From positions 92,803-156,802 of the forward strand of contig JAPOTT010000032.1 of NCBI GenBank assembly GCA_026709025.1: a stretch of 64,000 bases of DNA, written 5' to 3'. Shown one piece after another: positions 7,644-15,302 of the stretch. The notes beneath the pieces were generated by a model, which saw only the letters and a program-made list of their open reading frames with translations, was not told the origin of the DNA and made no database searches. A program made the translations under genes and the position numbers. The stretch is from a bacterium. GTDB taxonomy: Bacteria > Actinomycetota > Acidimicrobiia > Acidimicrobiales > Bin134. Within the stretch, counting starts at the first letter, position 1. Each line of letters opens with the position of its first letter.

Positions 7644-8588
7644 GTGCCTAGAAGTTTCAACTCAACAGCACAAACAAAAACAAACGGTACTGCTGCAAAG
7701 TTCCGTTCATATTTCGAACTTTTGGGTTTGGGTGTTGGGCGGTTTATGTCATCGCGGCGCGCTAGGGTATGGGCTATGATCTTGTGGGTAACGGCGGTGA
7801 CGATTGCAGCGCTAGGTGTAGCTGTGTTGTTGGTGGGATTAGCGATGCGCGACGGCGACCTCGCTACGAAATTATTAGGTGTGTTGTGGGGGTTTGGTTT
7901 TGTGGTGGTGGCTTGGGTGGCCTGGCTTATTGCCGACGGACACGGAGTGCGAACGGCGCTTTTAGTGTCTATGGCTACTGCTTGGGGGCTTCGACTGGGA
8001 ATCTATCTGGCGTTTCGTAATCTGGGCCAAAGGGCGGCTGGAAGCAACGGAAGTAGCAGAAGCAGCGAGTCGGCTTCCGAGGGCTCTGGCGAACATGCCA
8101 GAGCCGAGGGCATCACCTTAGCTGTGGTCATGCAGACGTTTATGCAAAGTGCAGCTATGTGGGTGCTTGCGTTGCCGGTGCAAATTGGCATCGGCGAAAC
8201 CAGTCGGGGCTGGACTCCCTTGTGGGTAGTTGGCGCTGTGGTGTTCTTAGCGGGATTCCTGTTTGAGGCTATCGGCGACTGGCAACTAGCCCGCTTCAAA
8301 GCCAACCCGGCCTCTGTGGGTCAAGTATTAGACACCGGCCTGTGGCGCTACACCCGCCACCCCAACTACTTTGGCGACACTTTGGCATGGTGGGGAATTG
8401 GCCTAGTGGCAGCCTCAACCCCCATAGGCATCATTGGGCTAATCGGCCCCGCATTCAACCACTGGACACTCCTGAAGGTATCTGGGGTGCCCGCCTTAGA
8501 GGGCAACTTGAAAGACAAACGCCCAGGCTATGCCGACTACATCCAACGAACCAGCACCTTTGTCCCCCGTCGTCCCAAACAACTCTGA
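7644..8588 (+). CDS. DUF1295 / steroid 5-alpha-reductase-like polytopic membrane protein
   Basis: 314-aa ORF with multiple hydrophobic helices and the signature 'GLWRYTRHPNYFGDTLAWWG'. A Ser/Gly-rich insert reads 'AAGSNGSSRSSESASEGSGEH'. An alternative start is the ATG at 7746. Confidence 0.75.
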   Translation: MPRSFNSTAQTKTNGTAAKFRSYFELLGLGVGRFMSSRRARVWAMILWVTAVTIAALGVAVLLVGLAMRDGDLATKLLGVLWGFGFVVVAWVAWLIADGHGVRTALLVSMATAWGLRLGIYLAFRNLGQRAAGSNGSSRSSESASEGSGEHARAEGITLAVVMQTFMQSAAMWVLALPVQIGIGETSRGWTPLWVVGAVVFLAGFLFEAIGDWQLARFKANPASVGQVLDTGLWRYTRHPNYFGDTLAWWGIGLVAASTPIGIIGLIGPAFNHWTLLKVSGVPALEGNLKDKRPGYADYIQRTSTFVPRRPKQL

Positions 8589-8601
8589 GGTGCTTGAGGT
8601 G

Positions 8602-9125
8602 TTACAGATTGGCTATCTCGTGTTCAATGCGAGATTCAATGTATTCACGGGCTTTAGCAATACGGGGAGGCAGGTACTGCGAGGGAAATAAGCCTTCAGA
8701 AGGCTTATGGCTTTTCAGTATTTGCTTGGCGATGGTGTCTTTGTGGACTTCGGTTGGGCCGTCCACGATGCCCATAATGGGGCCAAACCCCCACATTGAG
8801 ATGAGCGGGCACCCGCACATCGTTGTAGCGCAGGTAGGCGTGATCGCCATCTTCCATATTATCTTGGCCAACACCTGCGTTAACCACCACCTCTATCCCA
8901 GCGGTGTCGGTGGGCACTAAGACCATCGAAGAGCCTCTGTATACCTGCACATACGGCTGTAAGTACATCTCCTTTTGCTGTGCGGTTCCATAGTGGGCAA
9001 TGATACGGTTCAGGCCAACCCTTCTCGCTGATGGGCGACCAACCGTCTATGAAATCCATGAGATAAAAGGCTGCTCCGATGATGCTGGTGTCTTCGGTGC
9101 CAACTGCCCACTCCCCCAGCGCCAT
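8602..9125 (-). pseudogene. Degraded remnants of a phosphotransferase (APH-like) gene and an acyl-CoA dehydrogenase gene, with frameshifts and large internal deletions
   Basis: Three short minus-strand ORFs lie in different frames. 8880..9125 carries 'AFYLMDFIDGW' (APH-like). 8705..8968 carries 'SSMVLVPTDTAGIEVV...YLRYNDVRVPA' (ACAD middle domain). 8602..8874 carries 'IVDGPTEVHKDTIAKQILK' (ACAD C-terminus). Together they cover less than half of the two expected genes. Confidence 0.6.
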
Positions 9126-9186
9126 CGGGTCAATCAGCCCTTCGGTTCTTTGGTCGAGGAGTTCGTGTTTTGATGGTTAAGCGCGA

Positions 9187-9274
9187 ATTACATAGTCGAA
9201 GCGAAGAAAACCATATAGTCAACAAGGCGAAAATCATATAGCACATAGATCAATGCAGGCTTTATAGTGGTCAC
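9187..9274. repeat. Phased degenerate repeats (CATATAGTC core; three copies at a 23-bp period, plus a fourth ATAG word) directly upstream of DUF4143 ATPase paralog 2
   Basis: Units are 9187-9209 'attacatagtcgaagcgaagaaa', 9210-9232 'accatatagtcaacaaggcgaaa' and 9233-9255 'atcatatagcacatagatcaatg'. The ATAG cores at 9192, 9215 and 9238 are spaced at 23 bp. 'tttatagtg' occurs at 9261-9269. GCGAA boxes are interspersed. Confidence 0.75.
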
Positions 9275-10516
9275 ATGCAGCCTGAGTCAGAGCGCTACCC
9301 TCGGATCGTTGAGCGTGTGCTACGCGAAAACTTGCTGCCTGATTTTGCTGCCATCTTGATTGTGGGGCCTCGCGGCTGCGGTAAGTCTACATCGGCCGCA
9401 CAGTTTGCCGACGCAACGCTTGATCTCTCGCTTCCTGGCATAGCGCGCTCAGCTAGAGAAGATCCTGACAGCATGCTCAACGCCGTATCTGGTTGCTTGG
9501 TGATTGATGAGTGGCAAGAAGCTCCCGAGATAGTCGGTGCTGTAAAAAGAGCAGTGGATGCTGGTGCTGGTGACAACCGATACTTGCTAACTGGTTCAGT
9601 GCGAGCTGCTCGTCAGGCATCCACATGGCCTGGAACGGGCCGCTTGATTCGGATGCGCATGTGGGGTCTGACCCAAGGTGAAATAGCTGGCGATAATGTA
9701 TACAACCCTGTCGATGCACTTTTTTCCGATCAGTCTCCAACCTGTCACAGCGAGATCACTAGGAGCATGCTCTTAGAGCGGATAGTGGCAGGCCGCTTTC
9801 CTGAGGCGCTAGCTCTTGCAAACCAGAGTCGTTCGTACTGGTATGAGGGTTATGTGGAGCAACTGGCCGATTTGGATGCGCGTCAAGTAGCTAGCGGGCG
9901 ACCTGAGCCTCAGAAATTGCGGGCAGTGCTATCGTCTTGTGCAGCGCGCACAGGTCAAGTGTTGAACAAACAGGCCGTATCTCGTGATGCTGGCGTAACA
10001 GCCGTGACCGCTGATGCTCATCTCAGCCTGTTTGAAGATCTGTCTGTTATTGTGCGTATACCTGCATGGCACAACAAGCGTCTTTATCGCCTTACCCGTT
10101 CACCCAAAGTGTATGTGAGCGATCCAGGAATTGCAGCACATCTTTTAGGGCTTGACGCTGCTACTTTATTGTTAGATGCCACTGCGGTGGGTCAACTATT
10201 TGAAACATTCGTTGTGTCCGAAATAATGCCCCATCTTCAATGTGGTTCTGCACCCACTTTCATGTATCACTTTCGTGACCATTCGGGTCGCGAAGTTGAC
10301 TTGCTCCTCGAAAGAGGAGGCCGCGTTGTTGGTCTGGAAGTAAAGTCAGGCACCTCGGTAGGCAGTGAAGATGCCCGCCATTTGCGCTGGCTTCGCGAGC
10401 AACTTGGCGACAATTTCCACCTGGGTGTTGTGCTCTATAGCGGGCAGTTTGCAGTTCAGCTTGGCGAGCGTCTTTGGGCACTGCCCATAAGCTTGCTGTG
10501 GCAGCCACCGCGATAA
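9275..10516 (+). CDS. AAA+ ATPase with a C-terminal DUF4143 domain (COG1373-type), paralog 2
   Basis: 413-aa ORF. Walker A is 'VGPRGCGKST', followed by 'CLVIDEWQ'. The C-terminus reads 'GREVDLLLERGGRVVGLEVKSG'. Its architecture matches that of 5609..6892, and it is divergently oriented to that gene. Confidence 0.8.
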   Translation: MQPESERYPRIVERVLRENLLPDFAAILIVGPRGCGKSTSAAQFADATLDLSLPGIARSAREDPDSMLNAVSGCLVIDEWQEAPEIVGAVKRAVDAGAGDNRYLLTGSVRAARQASTWPGTGRLIRMRMWGLTQGEIAGDNVYNPVDALFSDQSPTCHSEITRSMLLERIVAGRFPEALALANQSRSYWYEGYVEQLADLDARQVASGRPEPQKLRAVLSSCAARTGQVLNKQAVSRDAGVTAVTADAHLSLFEDLSVIVRIPAWHNKRLYRLTRSPKVYVSDPGIAAHLLGLDAATLLLDATAVGQLFETFVVSEIMPHLQCGSAPTFMYHFRDHSGREVDLLLERGGRVVGLEVKSGTSVGSEDARHLRWLREQLGDNFHLGVVLYSGQFAVQLGERLWALPISLLWQPPR

Positions 10517-10518
10517 AA

Positions 10519-10583
10519 CCTTAGCTAGTGTAATCAGGTTACCTGCATCCCATGATTACAAATGGAACAATCTAAAGCTAAGG
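10519..10583. terminator. Nested inverted repeats between convergent genes; a possible bidirectional terminator
   Basis: The outer pair is CCTTAGCT (10519-10526) / AGCTAAGG (10576-10583). The inner pair is GTAATCA (10530-10536) / TGATTAC (10553-10559). The central palindrome is AGGTTACCT (10536-10544). There is no clear U-tract. Confidence 0.3.
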
Positions 10584-10592
10584 CTGAGCTAG

Positions 10593-12470
10593 TTAGGGAC
10601 AGCGGTTGCTTGTTTCCCACGCACTCCAAGCGCTAACAGGTTCACTTAACTCGGTTTCTCGCGCTCTCATTTCGTACACTTCTCCGCTATTTGGATCTGC
10701 TGAGAAGATAGATTGCCATTCATCTCTAGACGATTTAAATGCATACGATGAAGCTTTCACGGTGCGCCCCGATGATTGCTCTCTGATCTCAAGGTCAAAT
10801 CTTCTAGTTTCGTAGTCAAAGTTAGATTGTCCAGCATTCCATAACACCTCTAAACGTGGGGTGTTAGACCAGCTCAGCTCAATACATCTGAATTGAAACG
10901 AAAATGGTTCGGTTGATGCTGATGTAGATGTTGGTTGCAGTTCTTCATCCACTTCTACCCACCCGCACTTATCAAGAACAGGATCAATATGCGCGACCGC
11001 CTGTTCTAACGGGAATGCCCACAGTGCAGATGTATCTCTGCCAACCTGAACTTCCGCCCAGATAAGAATTTCAGAGAGAGGGCTGATTCGCAGCAAGTTC
11101 ACTATGTTTCTGATATCATCGTCGTCGGCCACAGAAACAAAATCGCTACCAGGAATCAAATCTATCCAAACAACATTATCTCTTAGATGCTGGTCCCTTC
11201 TAACATCACTCCAGTCCAACCACCCATACGGCCTAGCGTCATAACCCCCATTCACTACAGTTCTCGCACTCCACAACTTCTCCCCTGTATCGACCCACAC
11301 ATACACATCGCCGTCTGCTATGCCACAAACTACCTGAAGGTACACACCGTTTTCTAAAATATCTTCTACCTGCGCGTACCAAATAGTGTCGAACATTCGA
11401 CTCTCCCAATTCCCTGTTTGCGGCGCTGGAGTTGGATTAGGCGCAACAGTAGAACCGTTTGTTGCGCCGCAAACTCCCCCGGTAGGAATTAACGCGTAGG
11501 TAACGTACAGATGATCGGCTACACATCGGAAAATATCGTTGTGTACGCATGCTTGGTATGTGTCGTCATCAAGATTGCTGCAACTCTTGAGCGACGGATG
11601 ATCCGCTATCAGAGCGTGAGCTGTTTCATGTAGCAACACCAGAAGGAACGAATCGAGACGATCTATGTGATGAAGTGAATGGCGGTAGCAACCAATAGTC
11701 CCGCCAGCAGCACACTCAGTGCCAGAAGGTACTAACGCTGCGGTTGGCGGCTCAGCCGGTTTGCCAGCAACATCAACTTCCTCCCAAATACGTCTTAGAA
11801 GTTTCGCCGCTTCACCGTCGCTCACAGAATAGTTGTGCGTCTTGTCTAAGTAGTGTTCACGCCAAGCACATTGCTGCTCCCAGTCGTATATACCTGCACC
11901 AATATAAGAAGCGCACTTACCTGACGGCGCTTGAGGCGGCACAACGATAAGTGGTTTCTGAGCAGAAACGGCTACATCCTGTCGAGAGCAAAGCCCAGGA
12001 ACTATGGACATGTCGATTCCGAAACGACACCTAATAGTGTTCAACTGCCATTCTTGAGCTTCTATCAGCCTATCTCTTTGCGCTATACCGAGACTGGTTG
12101 GTTGGCCTAAGAACGGTTGAGGTTGAGTGAGGGTTCGGGCGGGCTTGCCGTCCCGGCACCCACCCGGGACAACACCGATATCGATACCAAAACGACAGCG
12201 ATACGAATTCAACAAACCCTCTTGTGCGAACACAAGGTTGTCCCTGGCCCGCACATCAGCAACCGTTGGAGGGTCAATTTGGTTGGTCGATACCACAGTG
12301 CCTACTTGTTGAGGGTTATGTCCATTATGGGCAACCACAGGAACAACCCCTACAATCAGCACAGACCAACAAACTAAAACCGCACATATAACCTTCACCA
12401 AAAAAGAACATACACCGACCTCCCGTGCAAGTTCAATGTCTAGTGGCTTATCTACAGATGAGCGGGCCAA
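10593..12470 (-). CDS. Secreted or membrane-anchored Cys-rich protein with an HExxH zinc-metallopeptidase-like motif, an N-terminal duplicated 30-aa module and an FN3-like C-terminus
   Basis: 625-aa ORF with a TTG start. A more likely start lies near the hydrophobic 'VKVICAVLVCWSVLIVGVVPVVA' segment. The repeats are 'RDNLVFAQEGLLNSYRCRFGIDIGVVPGGC' (12156-12245) and 'RDRLIEAQEWQLNTIRCRFGIDMSIVPGLC' (11988-12077), with 19/30 identity. 'LLHETAHAL' places HETAH at 11616-11630. The C-terminus 'YEMRARETELSEPVSAWSAW' is FN3-like. By eye the gene is more AT-rich than the core genes. Confidence 0.7.
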   Translation of the reverse strand: MARSSVDKPLDIELAREVGVCSFLVKVICAVLVCWSVLIVGVVPVVAHNGHNPQQVGTVVSTNQIDPPTVADVRARDNLVFAQEGLLNSYRCRFGIDIGVVPGGCRDGKPARTLTQPQPFLGQPTSLGIAQRDRLIEAQEWQLNTIRCRFGIDMSIVPGLCSRQDVAVSAQKPLIVVPPQAPSGKCASYIGAGIYDWEQQCAWREHYLDKTHNYSVSDGEAAKLLRRIWEEVDVAGKPAEPPTAALVPSGTECAAGGTIGCYRHSLHHIDRLDSFLLVLLHETAHALIADHPSLKSCSNLDDDTYQACVHNDIFRCVADHLYVTYALIPTGGVCGATNGSTVAPNPTPAPQTGNWESRMFDTIWYAQVEDILENGVYLQVVCGIADGDVYVWVDTGEKLWSARTVVNGGYDARPYGWLDWSDVRRDQHLRDNVVWIDLIPGSDFVSVADDDDIRNIVNLLRISPLSEILIWAEVQVGRDTSALWAFPLEQAVAHIDPVLDKCGWVEVDEELQPTSTSASTEPFSFQFRCIELSWSNTPRLEVLWNAGQSNFDYETRRFDLEIREQSSGRTVKASSYAFKSSRDEWQSIFSADPNSGEVYEMRARETELSEPVSAWSAWETSNRCP

Positions 12471-12557
12471 GTTGGTTCAACGTCATCTAGACAATGCGAC
12501 TGTACGGAGAGAGCTTGATGGATTCAAAAGGAATATGTCACAGGGTACTAGTACTGT

Positions 12558-13826
12558 GTGGGTATGGATTTTACATCTGTTTCAGCCGACCATATAGGAG
12601 CCAGCCATACAGAGGCCAGGCAGCAACCTAACGGTGCTGGCTCTAAGACCCACGTTGGCTGTGAGGCTTTTGTGTGCGTGGACCGTGCAGATGTTGCTGC
12701 GCTGTCTGATACGGAGTTACGTCAATGGCTCGGTGAGTTGGGATCGGCCGGTTCCAAGTTGGAAGCGCTTAGGGCTGAAGCTTTAGCCGAGTTATCACGG
12801 CGTCACAACACTGGGGGTGCCAAGCGGGTTGTTCGTGAAGTGTTGCGCTCGTCTCCGAGTGCGGCTCATCGGGATGTGAGGTCGGCTGAGCGGATGACCA
12901 AACTGGCTGACACCTCTGACGCTTTAGCATCAGGCCAAATACCTACCGATCATGCCCGCTTGATCGCCCGAGCCTCTTCAGAAGGACCGATTATCGAGAA
13001 CGATCTAGTTGAAGCTGCTAAAACCCAAAGCTTTGATGAATTTTCAAGAACCGTAAAACGCCAACAGCATGCACTATCTGCCGATGACGGCCAGTCACAA
13101 ATAGAACGGCAACGCAAACACCGCTCAGCCAAGTTGTTTAAAAACCACGAAACGGGCATGTACGTCCTCAACGCCGAGTTGGATTCAATCACAGGTGCCA
13201 ACATTGCTGGAGCATTAGCCAATAAAGAACGTCAATTCTGGCATCAAGAAAAAGCAAAAAATCGCCGCACCCCTGCACAACGCTCCGCAGATGCTCTAGC
13301 AGAATTAATCTTGCATCCAGAGAAGGGCAAAGTCGCAGGTATAGCCTTAGTGCTAGTAGCCGACTACGACACAGCGCACCAAAAGTTGATCGATGCGCGC
13401 ATATCAGACGGCACCCCGTTACCTGCCAAAGAACTCGTACGGCTAGCCTGTGAAGCCGATATTTTCCCGGCAGTATTCAAAGCCAAAACCCAAGATCTAT
13501 GGCTAGGCAGACGGCGGCGCTGTGCTAGCGATGCCCAGCGACTCGCACTGCTAGTACGAGACAAAACTTGCGTGGGCTGTGGTGCCGATGCCAACCGCAG
13601 TTTCTCCCACCACATTCGGCACTGGCAGAACGGGGGCGAAACTAACTATTCAAACTTGGTCACCGTATGCAACGACTGCCACCACGACATCCACGAACGC
13701 CATCACCAGATACAAACCAACCCTCACACCGGCAAACATAGCGTGCTAGCGCCACCTGAACCTTTTCCAGACGGTGGCAGCAGTGACTGGCAACCAGCAC
13801 AACGTAACCCCGTACTCAGAAACTGA
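12558..13826 (+). CDS. HNH endonuclease with an N-terminal DUF222 domain (actinobacterial REP13E12-type)
   Basis: 422-aa ORF. The C-terminal HNH motif is 'CVGCGADANRSFSHHIRHWQNGGETNYSNLVTVCNDCHHDIH'. The helical N-terminal region resembles DUF222. Confidence 0.85.
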   Translation: MGMDFTSVSADHIGASHTEARQQPNGAGSKTHVGCEAFVCVDRADVAALSDTELRQWLGELGSAGSKLEALRAEALAELSRRHNTGGAKRVVREVLRSSPSAAHRDVRSAERMTKLADTSDALASGQIPTDHARLIARASSEGPIIENDLVEAAKTQSFDEFSRTVKRQQHALSADDGQSQIERQRKHRSAKLFKNHETGMYVLNAELDSITGANIAGALANKERQFWHQEKAKNRRTPAQRSADALAELILHPEKGKVAGIALVLVADYDTAHQKLIDARISDGTPLPAKELVRLACEADIFPAVFKAKTQDLWLGRRRRCASDAQRLALLVRDKTCVGCGADANRSFSHHIRHWQNGGETNYSNLVTVCNDCHHDIHERHHQIQTNPHTGKHSVLAPPEPFPDGGSSDWQPAQRNPVLRN

Positions 13827-13844
13827 GAATCTAACTGAGAATCT
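13821..13844. repeat. Perfect 12-bp tandem duplication (aactgagaatct x2) spanning the HNH stop codon
   Basis: 13821-13832 is identical to 13833-13844. The TGA stop at 13824-13826 is therefore duplicated in frame 12 nt downstream. Confidence 0.9.
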
Positions 13845-13867
13845 AGAGGAAGCTAGCCAGAAAAAAT

Positions 13868-13902
13868 CCACGAGAAACTAGCCAACCACGAGCAACTAGC
13901 CA
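13868..13902. repeat. Near-perfect 17-bp direct repeat at an 18-bp period (ccacgagNaactagcca x2) within a CTAGCCA-rich spacer
   Basis: The copies are 13868-13884 and 13886-13902. CTAGCCA/CTAGCTA words occur at 13853, 13878, 13896 and 13912. Confidence 0.85.
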
Positions 13903-13961
13903 AAACAGGCACTAGCTAATCCCCCCTTTAGTCTTTAAATGGGCGGTACAAACAAAAGATA

Positions 13962-13979
13962 CCAGCCAAAAGGCGCTGG
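13962..13979 (-). terminator. Candidate intrinsic terminator at the end of the minus-strand pur/DUF1971 transcription unit
   Basis: The minus strand reads TAG-CCAGCgccttttgGCTGG-TATCTTTTGTTTG: a 5-bp GC-rich stem, an 8-nt loop and a T-rich tail, immediately after the stop at 13980. Confidence 0.35.
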
Positions 13980-14255
13980 CTACTCCCGATGATTATCGTA
14001 AAACTGGATGTAGAAGCAGGCATCATCTGAGGGCTCGATATGGTGATAGACATCGGGCACTATTGCCAAACGACCACCAGCAGCAACAACAACAACATTA
14101 CGGACCCCATCGTTCACAAACTGAACCGCGCCTTGCAGCACCACAAGTTCAGCCCAAACCGTGGTGCGATGGTGTTTTGTCAAAGCTGCGGGCATCGTCT
14201 CAGCGGTGAAAGTGGGAGTACGGCGACCCGGTACCGCATTACTGGGTATGTTCAC
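13980..14255 (-). CDS. DUF1971-like small protein (YeaR / TehB C-terminal-like)
   Basis: 91-aa ORF. 'TPTFTAETMPAALTKHHRTTVWAELVVLQGAVQF' resembles the DUF1971 pattern. It is the last gene of the minus-strand block. Confidence 0.5.
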   Translation of the reverse strand: MNIPSNAVPGRRTPTFTAETMPAALTKHHRTTVWAELVVLQGAVQFVNDGVRNVVVVAAGGRLAIVPDVYHHIEPSDDACFYIQFYDNHRE

Positions 14256-14261
14256 TGAATG

Positions 14262-15299
14262 TCATTCCACAATGTGAACGGTGCCGATGCCCTTTTCAAT
14301 CTGTCCCACTACTGAAGCACGATGGCCGCTTGCCCTAAGCGAGTCGACTGCTTTGGTGACATTTTTTGGGCTGACTATAAGCACCATTCCTAAGCCGAGA
14401 TTAAAAACTTGTGCCATCTCCTGATCTGACACATCGCCAATTTTTTGTAGTTCGCTAAATACTTGAGGCTGTTCCCAGCAACTTCTATCTACAACCACAT
14501 CTACTTTGTTGTGCAGCACCCGGGCGAGGTTGCCAATAATCCCGCCACCGGTAATATGCGCTATCGCTCGCGGTTGCACCTTAGCGAGAGCATCGCAAAC
14601 CGCCGGAGCGTATATAACCGAGGGCAATAACAGTTCATCTGCCACAGAATGATGGCATCCTTCCCACGCTGGCTCGTCTAAGTTCCGTTTAGCTACCTCA
14701 AAATAAAGCTTGCGAGCTAGTGAGTAACCGTTGCAGCGCAAACCTGGAGACGGCAGCCCAACAAGCACATCACCGGGGCGCACCTTCTGGTGACCTATCA
14801 ACTTAGAACGCTCCACCACCCCGGTTGCAAAACCCACCAGCTCAAACTCATCTTGTATCTTAGATTCATTAGGATGCTCGGCCATCTCCCCACCGATGAG
14901 CGCGCAACCAGCTTGACGGCATCCCTCCGCAACACCTGCCACTAACTGCTCAATGCGTTGCGAATCCAGTTTGTGGACAGATATGTAATCCAACATAAAC
15001 AACGGCTCTGCACCATGGCATACCAAGTCATCCACGCACATCGCAACCAAATCAATGCCGATGGTGTTATACCGCCCGGCGGCTGCGGCCACAAAAGCCT
15101 TTGTGCCAACCCCATCGGTGCTAGACACCAGCAGTGGCTTTTTGTAGCCATGGCGACTGAAGTCGAACAGCCCACCAAACCCACCAATGTCACCGATAAC
15201 CTCTGAGCGAAAAGTTGAACGTACCTGCTGTTTGATGCGCTGCACGGCATCTTCGCCTGCGGCAATGTTTACCCCGGCAGCTTCATAAGTTTCTCCCAC
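14262..15299 (-). CDS. purM: Phosphoribosylformylglycinamidine cyclo-ligase (AIR synthetase)
   Basis: 345 aa with 'YEAAGVNIAAGEDAV' and 'IGGFGGLFD', giving full-length PurM-like colinearity. Confidence 0.95.
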   Translation of the reverse strand: MGETYEAAGVNIAAGEDAVQRIKQQVRSTFRSEVIGDIGGFGGLFDFSRHGYKKPLLVSSTDGVGTKAFVAAAAGRYNTIGIDLVAMCVDDLVCHGAEPLFMLDYISVHKLDSQRIEQLVAGVAEGCRQAGCALIGGEMAEHPNESKIQDEFELVGFATGVVERSKLIGHQKVRPGDVLVGLPSPGLRCNGYSLARKLYFEVAKRNLDEPAWEGCHHSVADELLLPSVIYAPAVCDALAKVQPRAIAHITGGGIIGNLARVLHNKVDVVVDRSCWEQPQVFSELQKIGDVSDQEMAQVFNLGLGMVLIVSPKNVTKAVDSLRASGHRASVVGQIEKGIGTVHIVE

Positions 15300-15302
15300 A
15301 AC

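Noticed and set aside
8342-8920. 192-aa plus-strand ORF
   Set aside because: It overlaps the 3' end of the DUF1295 gene in another frame and is antisense to the ACAD remnants. I recognise no motifs and its composition is odd.
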